Assembly (NCBI GenBank): GCA_951406725.2 | Contig: OX597839.1 | Span: 1,860,001-1,924,000 of the forward strand | DNA: 64,000 nt | Direction: 5' to 3' | Origin: Octopus vulgaris | Lineage: Eukaryota | In this document: one piece after another, positions 45,055 to 56,318 of the stretch | How the letters are laid out: the number at the start of each line of letters is the position of its first letter | How positions within the stretch are numbered: the first letter of the stretch is position 1 | The notes under the pieces: generated by a model | What the model was told of the DNA's origin: nothing | Databases searched by the model: none | What the model saw: only the letters and a program-made list of their open reading frames with translations | Program-made: the position numbers and the translations under genes

Positions 45055-48000
45055 CAGGCTTCTTTCAGTTTCTGACTACTAAATCCACTCACAAGTCTTT
45101 GGCTGGCCCTAGGCTACAGAAGACACTTACCCACTGAACCACACAGAGGGCCTGAATCAAAAACATGTGGTTGGGAAGCAAGCTTCTTACCACACAGCCA
45201 CTAAAACAAAACTAGTGGGCCTACACTCATACATACTCACACAGTTACTTACAAAATGAAACTTGAAGCTTGTGGCACGTCAGTGCCAGTGGCATGTAAA
45301 AAGCACCAAACCAATCGTGGCCGTTGCCAGCCTCTTCTGGCACCTGTGCCGGTGGCACGTAAAAAGCACCATCCATACATGGTTAATGCCAGCACCGCCT
45401 TAACTGGCTTCCATGCTGGTGGCACGTAAAAAGCACCAACGAATTGTGGCCATTGCCAGCCTCCTCTGGCACCTGTGCCGGTGGCACGTAAAAAGCACCA
45501 TCCGTACATGATTAATACCAGCACCGCCTTAACTGGCTTCCGTGCTGGTGGCACGTAAAAAGCACCAACCAATTGTGGCCATTGCCAGCCTCCTCTGGCA
45601 CCTGTGCCGGTGGCACGTAAAAAGCACCATCCATACATGGTTAATGCCAGCACCGCCTTAACTGGCTTCCATGCTGGTGGCACGTAAAAAGCACCAACGA
45701 ATTGTGGCCATTGCCAGCCTCCTCTGGCACCTGTGCCGGTGGCACGCAAAAAGCACCATCTGTACGTGGTTAATGCCAGCACCGCCTTAACTGGCTTCCG
45801 TGCTGGTGGCACGTAAAAAGCACCAACCAATCGTGGCCGTTGCCAGCCTCCTCTGGCACCCATGCCGGTGGCACGTAAAAAGCACCATCCGTACATGATT
45901 AATACCAGCACCGCCTTAACTGGCTTCCATGCTGGTGGCACGTAAAAAGCACTAACCAATTGTGGCCGTTACCAGCCTCCTCTGGCACGTAAAAAGCACC
46001 ATCCGTACATGGTTAATACCAGCACCGCCTTAACTGGCTTCCGTGCTGGTGGCACGTAAAAAGCACCAACCAATCGTGGCCGTTGCCAGCCTCCTCTGGC
46101 ACCTGTGCCGGTGGTACGTAAAAAGCACCATCCGTACATGGTTAATGCCAGTACCGCCTTAACTGGCTTCCGTGCTGGTGGCATGTAAAAAGCACCAACC
46201 AATCGTGGCCGTTGCCAGCCTTCTCTGGCCCCTGTGCCGGTGGCACGTAAAAAGCACCATCCATACATTGTTAATGCCAGCACCGCCTTAACTGGCTTCC
46301 ATGCTGGTGGCACGTAAAAAGCACCAACGAATTGTGGCCATTGCCAGCCTCCTCTGGCACCTGTGCCAGTGGCACGTAAAAAGCACCATCCGTACATGGT
46401 TAATGCCAGTACCGCCTTAACTGGCTCCCATGCTGGTGGCACGTAAAAAGCACCAACGAATTGTGGCCATTGCCAGCCTCCTGTGGCACCTGTGCCGGTG
46501 GCATGTAAAAAGCACCATTTGTACGTGGTTAATGCCAGCACTGCCTTAACTGGCTTCCGTGCTGGTGGCACGTAAAAAGCACCAACCAATTGTGGCCGTT
46601 GCCAGCCTCCTCTGGCACATAAAAAGCACCATCCATACGTGGTTAATGCCAGCACTGCCTAAACTGGCTTCCGTGCTGGTGGCACATAAAAAGCACCAAC
46701 CGATTGTGGCCGTTGCCAGCCTCTCCTGGCACCTGTGCCAGTGGCGTGAATAAAGCACCCACTACACTCACGGGGTGGTTGGCGTTAGGAAGGGCATCCA
46801 GCTGTTGAAACACTGCCAGATCAGACTGGAACCTGGCGCAGCCTCCATGGCTTACCAGACCCCAATCGAACCGTCCAACCCATGCTAGCATGGAAAATGG
46901 ACGTTAAACTTTGATGATGATGATGATGATAATGTGATATGTGTGGGTATGTATGTAATTCTACACTTAATCCAAGGGTTAATCTTATATACCATGTGGT
47001 TATCATTGGTGCACATGGTATTCCTAAAGGAGCATGTCCTACATAGTTGTGACCTGACGGAGCTCCCTGGCTTTTTAACTTTCTTAATGTTGAGTTTGGC
47101 CTCCCTTCAGAGCTTTCCTAAATCTACGGACGATGCCACACGAATATAAAATACAAAAAACAATAATGAAATACAAAAAAACAATAATGGTAAAAACAGG
47201 ACGAAAACAGTGGGTGTCTTACGACATATATATATATATATATATATATACGTATATAAGGAGAGTTTACAAAAAAAACAAAAGACAAAGACAGATGGTG
47301 TACAAAACAAACAGATGTATTAGCCAGTTAACAAACTGACTAGCTAGCTAGTTAACAAACTAACTGACTAGCTAGCTAGCCAGTTAACAAACTAACTGAC
47401 TATCAAGCTAATTAACAAACTAACTGACCAGCTAGCTAGCTGGTTAACAAACTAACTGACCAGCTAGCAAGCTGGTTAACAAACTAACTAGATAACTAAC
47501 AAGCTAGTTAACTTGCTAACTAGCTAGTTAACTAACTAGCTAACTAACCAACCAGCCAACCAATGAGGTAGGTAGATAGATAGATTTTTATGTGAGTGTG
47601 TCTTTATATCTGTTTTTGGCCCCACCACCGCCACCACCACCACCACCACCCATCACCCCTCGACAACTGGTGTTGGTGTTCTTAGATCCCCATAACTTGG
47701 GGGTTCAGCAAAAGAGATTCATACAATAGTACTAGCCTTAAAAATAAGTCTTAGGGTTGATTTAATTGGCAAAGAAACCCTTGAAGGTAGTGCTCCAGCA
47801 TGGTCACAAACAAATGAGTGAAACAAGCAACAGAATAAAAGAATTTTTCTGGAAGTTATGAGGCAACAAATTCAGAGGGGACACACCGTGCAGAGGTACA
47901 CCCAAAAGTTTCACAGCTTTTAAGAAGGTACAACATAATTTCCAGCTCTACTCTACAGGTATAGAAAGAATATTTTTGAGAACATGTATATTATGTATAT

Positions 48001-48707
48001 ATTTCTTTATTGCCCACAAGGGGCTAAACACAGAGGGGACAAACAAGGACAGACAAATGGATGAAGTCGATTAGATCAACCCCAGTGCGTAAATGGTACT
48101 TTATTTATCGACCCCGAAAGGATGAAAGGCAAAGTGGACCTCGGCGGAATTTGAACTCAGAACGTAACGACAGACGAAATACCTATTTCTTTACTACCCA
48201 CAAGGGGCTAAACACAGAGAGGACAAACAAGGACAGACATACGGATTAAGTCGATTACATCAACCCCAGTGCGTAAATGGTACTTTATTTATCGACCCCG
48301 AAAGGATGAAAGGCAAAGTCGACCTCGGCGGAATTTGAACTCAGAACGTAACGACAAACGAAATACCTATTTCTTTACTACCCACAAGGGGCTAAACACA
48401 GAGAGGACAAACAAGGACAGACATACGGATTAAGTCGATTACATCAACCCCAGTGCGTAAATGGTACTTTATTTATCGACCCCGAAAGGATGAAAGGCAA
48501 AGTCGACCTCGGCGGAATTTGAACTCAGAACGTAACGACAGACGAAATACCGCTAAGCACTTCACCCAGCGCGCTAACGTATATCCCCACTATCCAATCC
48601 TTTTAATACCCTGTGATTTTACTTCAAAACTGCCTTCAAATTTTAATGGTCAGAACAGCAGGGATTCTGGTTGAACAAAACAACAAAAAAGAAAAAGTAG
48701 TAAAATA

Positions 48708-48762
<55 letters not shown>

Positions 48763-49859
48763 TTTCAGTGGGTCACTTTGACACAACAGAACATTGGCTA
48801 CCAGAGCACACATAATTGCTTACGTTCAGTAGATATGTATCTATTTACAGAAATCATCTGATGTAACCATATTATATAGGTCATATTATATTTTAAATGT
48901 TAGCTGGTGTACAAAAAAAAATAATAAATAAAACAAAGGCACCGGTGTGACTGCATGGTTAGAAGTTTGCTTCCAACAACATGGCACCTTAGGTAAGTGT
49001 CTTCTACTATGGCCCCGGGCTAGCCAAAGCTTTGTTAGTGGATTGGTAGACAGAGACTGAAAGAAGCCCATCATATATATATATATATGTATATAAGGAT
49101 TAGATTGTTATTTAAAATACCAATCATATCAAGTGGTTAGCATGGGAATAAAAACCTCTTAGGTAATAATTATTATTATAATTAAGGGTATCTAAAAGAT
49201 ACTACCATGCTAGATATAGCAGCCAAAACTTGACTCTAAAACCACATTAAATGTTCATATAGCACCTGGTACTATATGAACATTAAATGTGATTTTAGAG
49301 TCAAGTTTTGGCTGCTATATCTAGCATGGTAGTATCTTTTAGATACCCTTAATTATAATTATAGCTATATATATATATATATATATATATATGATAGAAG
49401 AAATAAGTACCAAATAAGTACCAATAAGTACTAAAAATTCTTCAAGATGGTGCCCCAGCATGGCCGCAATCTTATGACTGAAACAGATACAACATAAAAG
49501 ATATATACATATAGGCGTGGCAGTGTGGTAAGAAGTTTGCGTCCCAACCATATGGTTCCAGGTTCAGTCCCATTGCATGTCACTTTGGGCAAGTGTCTTC
49601 TACTATAGTCTCAGGTCAACCAAAGCCTTGTGAGTTGATTTTTGTAGACGGAAACTGAAAGAAACCCATTGTGTGTGTGTGTGTGTGTTCACCAATGCTT
49701 GACAACCAATGTTGGAGTGTTTACGTCCACATAACTTAGTGGTTTGGCAGAAAAGGCTGATAGAATAAGTACTAAGCTTACCAGGAATAAGTTCTAGTGT
49801 CGATTTGTTAGGCAATGCCTCCAGCATGGCCACAATAAAATGACTGAATCAAGTAAAAG

Positions 49860-49904
<45 letters not shown>

Positions 49905-50176
49905 TGTTCCTTCTTGAGCCATCCTTGGCTCATAACGGCCCGTTTCCTAGTTTCCTTGGCGTATAGGTTCCCCACCTGTAGGGGACGCCGGTCCATCGCA
50001 GGTGAGCTGCAAGATGCAGGAGGAAAGAATGAGAGAAAGTTGTGGCAAAGAGTCACCATTACCGTCTGCCAGAGCCATGTGTTTCGCTCATAAACACACA
50101 CATCGCCCGGTCTGAGATTCGAACCTGCGACCCCACGACTGCGAGTCCGCTGCTCTAACCACTAGGCCATATGCCT

Positions 50177-50223
<47 letters not shown>

Positions 50224-50359
50224 GGGATATATATATATATAGGTTTTTTTCAAGTGCATTCAACATATCTCACCTCCAAAGATTTGGCTGCCATTTCTAA
50301 CAGCCCTGCTACCACATAACAGCTATTTGTGATAAAGGATCCGAAATAACTGTTATATA

Positions 50360-50393
<34 letters not shown>

Positions 50394-51221
50394 CCTGTTG
50401 GCTCATGACCTTTTAATATATTTTTAAGAGGTCATGGGCCGACAGATTTTTTGGGATCTGACAATATGACATAAATCTAAATCCTTTATGGACAGGTGGG
50501 GAGCAACAGGCTTTTGGGAACTGATGATACACCATGAAGCTAAACCCTAAAGTAATTCCATAAACCGGTCTTCCCCATGACCTGTTCGGTCACCAGGGAA
50601 TCTGAGTTTCCCAGCAATGGAGTTTTGTTTTGTAAGGGTTTCTTTTCTTTTCCAGGGTTATTTCGCATGCTTTCAATGAATGTGACATCCATGTAAACGG
50701 CTCCTTTCCCCAGAAAAGGAAAGATTTGGGTTTTTCTTGCATGCCCTACTACCATGTAACAGTTATTTCGGATCCTTTATCACAAATAGCTGTTATGCGG
50801 TAGCAGGGCTGCTAGAAATAGCAGCCAAATCTTTGGAGGTGAGATATGTTGAATGCACTTGAAAAAAACCTATGGAAAAAAGCCGGGGTCACACTGTGGT
50901 TACGAACGCGTCTTTTACGAAATATTTACCATATTTTTAAAGTCATTCTCACTTAAGAATATTTTTAAAAATATGCTATAATATTGTCTGTTTAAAGAAA
51001 GCTAGGATATAAATACTTTCTGTACAAACAACTTGTCAGTCTTAAGATAAGTACTTTCTGTGGTTATTGAGTTGTTTTCACTCTCATTTCTAGCAATACT
51101 GGTGCCAAACAGCACCCTCAGTCGCTTTAGTGACATCTGTCGATCGGTTGTAAACTGCAAATAAGCCACCTTTTACTCTGTGTGTGTGTGCGTGTGTGAG
51201 TGTGTTTGTGTGCGTGTGTAT

Positions 51222-51266
<45 letters not shown>

Positions 51267-53744
51267 ATACAAAAGCATCCACATTAATGTTTGTTTTTAT
51301 GTCAAATTTATATACAAAAACAATTCAACATTCAGCTGGAGAATTTACTCAATACTTTTTAGCCGAGTACATTGTTTATTATAAAGAAGAAAGAGGAATG
51401 ACAGAGATTTCGAAGATGTCGTCTGCTAACCTTCGTCATACAAATAAATAAATAAATAAATGAATAAATAAATAAATAAAATAAATAAATAAATAAAATG
51501 CGTGGCATCTTGGGCAAGTGTCTTCTGCTATAGCCCCGGGCCGACCAATGCCTTGTGAGTGGATTTGGTAGACGGAAACTGAAAGAAGCCTGTCGTATAT
51601 ATGTATATATATATATATGTATGTGTGTGTATGTGTTTGTGTGTCTGTGTTTGTCCCCCTAGCATTGCTTGACAACCGAGATAACACATATTCATTGAAA
51701 ATTTCATTAAAAACTATCCATTTTTCTGAACACGTTACGATCATCCAAAGTCGTGTGGAGGAGTGCAGAAATCTCTAGTTATGCCCAGTAATATACCAAA
51801 ATTTCATGAAACGCGTTTGAAATTCGAGGGATGGAGGGGGGGGGGGCTTTTTTTTTTTTCCTAACCAAAATAAAAGATTTGCAGCATATTAGGAGGTCAG
51901 GGTACTTGATTCCACGCAACAAAAAAAAAAGTTTTTTGGGAGTTTTTTTCTTAGTGAAAATCGTACAGAAATTTACCGAAATTAACTCTTTGTGAATGTT
52001 AACATACGTAGTATTGAATAGCTGTTGTGCTTGCCAGGAAAAGAGAAAGATAAAAATATGACAGAAAAAAACAGATTACTAATTAGATTGTGACGCAGAA
52101 ATACGTAGTTGTAACGTAAATGGATACACCCTGTTGGCATTAAAAGCCTAACAGCCATATTCAGAAAAACCCAAATAGCTGAAACGTATATTCAAGAGAA
52201 AGTGAAAGTCAGGAATAAAATTCACATATGGGAAGCTCAACTTCGCTTATAGGACCCAGGTGTAATTTTTTCGAGGCAATTTTTTTTTTTACCAAAAAAA
52301 GGAGCATCTAACAAATACGGTGCATATGTATGTGTGTGTGTGTGTACATACCTTTTATTAAGTGGAGGCGCAATGGCCCAGTGGTTAGGGCAGCGGACTC
52401 GCGGTCATAGGATCGCAGTTTCGATTCCCAGACCGGGCGTTGTGAGTGTTTATTGAGCGAAAACACCTAAAGCTTCACGAGGTTCCGGCAGGGATGGTGG
52501 TGATCCCTGCTGTACTCTTTCACTACAACTTTCTCTCACTCTTACTTCCTGTTTCTGTTGTACCTGTATTTCAAAGGGCCGGCCTTGTCACTCTCTGTGT
52601 CACGCTGAATATCCCCGAGAACTACGTTAAGGGTGCACGTGTCTGTGGAGTGCTCAGTCACTTACACGTTAATTCCACGAGCAAGCTGTTCCGTTGATCG
52701 TATCAGCTGGGACCCTCATCGTCGTAACCGACGGAGTACTCCTATCTACCTTTTATTAAAGCTGCAAAATTATCACAGAACTATAGTTTCACGTTCCAGT
52801 TCATAGGACAGATAAATACTGAATCAAAATCGTAATTGTACATATAATATAATGTTATGGCAGTTCTGCGATAGTTTTGCAGCTTTAACAAAAAATATGT
52901 TACTCTACCTTCGGTATTCGAGTACTGTTTTGCACCTATGTGCTTACCTGTGCATATACATTCGTTCTTTATTCGTGTAATACTGTCCGGAAATCTTTTG
53001 TAATACATCTGTGGCCTCATTAGAACGGACTAAACAGAGCAGGTGCTCAGACGAGGACGGAAAGTGTCGCTGAAGAGGTCACAGATGTGTGACGAAAGAT
53101 TTTCGGACAACGGACATGAGTTAAAATAAGAACAATAATAAACAAATGAAGAACGAATATACAGTGCGTGTGTTTATTTGCTAAAAAAAAAAAAAGAAAA
53201 AGACCATCCCGAAATACACTAATATCTGTTTCAACAGTTTCACATCAGGAATCTTGCAACATAAATTCATAAACGTATGTACGTACAAATACGAAAAAAA
53301 ATTACAGTTTTTGATTAGCTAGTTAATTTCCGACTCTATCCTACAGGGTTACCGAATACTTTTTTTTTTTTTTATTTAAGCGTCGTCGTCGTCGTTGTGG
53401 AAGTTGTTGTTCAAGATTGAAAACATGAATGAGGTTAATGTATAACCGCATATAACCTTCACACCTTTCTTATATTTTGGAATTTCCAGAAAATTTTTGA
53501 GAATTGTTCTGCATACGAGAATTCATACGATTAAGAAAATACGAATTGCTTTCAATTTTTTCAACCCCTTCCCGCCGCCGCTAAAAATCCTAACAGTTCC
53601 ACTCTTCGAATTTTTTTTCTTCTCTTTTATTCAGAGTTTAAAATACGGACGGGCGATCTTTCGTCTCTAGTAGACCTTTCCGTCGATTTCCGTAAAAAAC
53701 TTCTTTTTTTTTTACATATGGGCTTGCGGTCTCCCACACCCCAT

Positions 53745-53782
<38 letters not shown>

Positions 53783-54669
53783 CATCAATGCTTGCCATGC
53801 ACGGTAACTTCAAAAGAACTTCCCTCGTCATACAATCGCTTTCTCTTAGTCTCTTTCGCTCTCATTACTTCAAAAGTTCCCGCAAGCCCATATGTAAAAA
53901 AAAAAAAAATGTTTTTTACGGAAATCGACGGAAAGGTCTACTAGAGACGAAAGATTGCCTACGGACGGTCCCTTGGGTGCATCCTCATTTCATTAAATGT
54001 TTTATGGGGAGAGAAATCTGAGAAGGCATAAATGTCAGCGTGACAAAAGAAACGAGGAAGTTAGTTAATCACGTAAATTTCATATCAGGTTGACAAAAGA
54101 AACGGGGACGGTATCACGTGTCAGGAGATATGCTAGAAACAACAGCTGTGTTTTATTTACTTTGTTTAAAAAATTATTTACTTTGTGTTTTTGTGTTTTA
54201 TTTACTTTACTCTTTTACTCTTTTACTTGTTTCAGTCATTTGACTGCGGCCATGCCGGAGCACCGCCTTTAATCGAGCAACTCGACCCCGGGACTTATTC
54301 TTTTTCGTAAGCCCAGTACTTATTCTATCGGTCTCTCTTTTGCCGAACCGCTAAGTGACGGGGACGTAAACACACCAGCATCGGTTGTCAAGCAATGCTA
54401 GGGGAACAAATACACACACACACAAACACATACACATATATATATGCGAGCTGGCAGAAACGTTAGCACGTCGGGCGAAATGCGTAGCCGTATTTCGTCT
54501 GCCGTTAAGTGTTCTGGGTTCAAATTCCGCCGAGGTCGACTTTGCCTTTCATCCTTTCGGGGTCGATAAATTAAGTACCAGTTACGCACTGGGGTCGATG
54601 TAATCGACTTAATCCCTTTGTCTGTCCTTGTTTGTCCCCTCTATGTTTAGCCCCTTGTGGGTAGTAAAG

Positions 54670-54720
<51 letters not shown>

Positions 54721-55610
54721 TACGACAGGCTTCTTTCAGTTTCCGTCTACCAAATCCACTCACAAGGCATTGGTCGACCCAGGGCTATAGCAGAAGACAC
54801 TTGCCCAAGATGCCACGCAGTGGGACTGAACCCGGAATCATGTGGTTGGTAAACAAGCTACTTACCACACAGTCACTCCTGCGCCATATTTGTTTTAAAA
54901 AATTATTTACTTTGTGTAAAAAAATGTTTATTTTGTGTTTTATTTACTTTGATAGGTAGTCGTTGTAGGATCGACTAGTCACGACTAGCTAGCGCAGATG
55001 CGTGACTACGCGAGTGCGCTCACTGGGGCCACTCTTCTTAAGTAGTACCAACTTTTTTTTTTTTTGCACAATCGTATGAATTTCCCGTGTGTTGGACACA
55101 AATTCGCAAAAATTTGTCTGAAAATTCCCAAGAGAGGTTATATAAGAATGATAAAACCCGAGTTCCGCCAATTTAAAAATTAAAATGGGGACATTTAAAA
55201 TACATAGGATCCGCTTTCACTTTGTTGTCAAAAAACAGTCAGGTGTCAGCAAATGTTCGCGGGCCAAAATAACCGTTGAAATAAATGCTTAAATGAAGGT
55301 TATTTATTAAAAAAAAAAAAGGTTTTATGTGCGGTACTGTAGGTTCTAAGTTCAAATTCCACCGAAATGAACTTCGCGTTTTCTTTTTATCGCGGGTGGA
55401 GTGGGGAGCACAAAATATAGAACGGAATTCTTCTTTTAAGCACCCTATATAACGCCACATAAATTTTTTTTTTATTTTTGTGCATTTCCAGAAAATTTTT
55501 GCAAATTTGTATTCTTCACACCTTGGGCAAGTGTCTTCTACTATTGCCTCGGGCCGACCAAAGCCTTGTGAGTGGATTTGGTAGACGGAAACTGAAAGAA
55601 GCCCGTCGTA

Positions 55611-55661
<51 letters not shown>

Positions 55662-56262
55662 GACAAAGCCATCTGAATAGGCTAGGGACAGGGCAGGGTG
55701 GTGGGGGTGTACTGGCTTTCCGCGAACATCGACGTCACCGAAACTCGACACCGTCACGGTGTCCTTGCAATAGGACACCGTGACGGTGTCGGCTCTGTGA
55801 CGTCGATTTCGTCAACCACCCCATTACATGTTATCGAGCAGTTACTGTCTATATCTCTTTTAAGATTATATATATATATACATGTATATATATGTGTCTG
55901 TTTATGTGTTTGTCCCCCCCACCCAACATCGCTTTTTATGCGTTGAAATCCCGTCAAGGTCCGATTTGCCTTTCATCTTTTGGGGGAACAAGAAGTACTG
56001 GGGGTCGATAGCGTCAACTAACCACTTCTCTTTAAATCTGCTAGCCTTGTGTCTGAATCAGAAACCTTCAACGACGGCAAGCTGGCGGGATTGTTAGCGC
56101 ATGAGAAAATTTTCACCTGTTAGTTTTCACTTGTTGCGGCCATGCTGAAGAAATAATTATCTCATACTTATTATTTTACTGGTTCATTTTTGCCGAACCG
56201 TTATATTACAGGGACGTAACACAACCAACGCCGGTATCTTTTTTCTTCACAAATGTAAATAA

Positions 56263-56318
<56 letters not shown>

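Noticed and set aside
45270-46760. CRISPR-like array (constant 20-bp core every 62-67 bp) and the 228/236-aa ORFs over it
   Set aside because: The spacers are just two alternating sequences, there are no cas genes and the context is eukaryotic. The ORFs stay open only because the unit is a stop-free multiple of three.
52362-52436. tRNA gene (A and B boxes)
   Set aside because: Head of SINE family C, continuous with SINE body and flanked by a TSD; no intact cloverleaf established.
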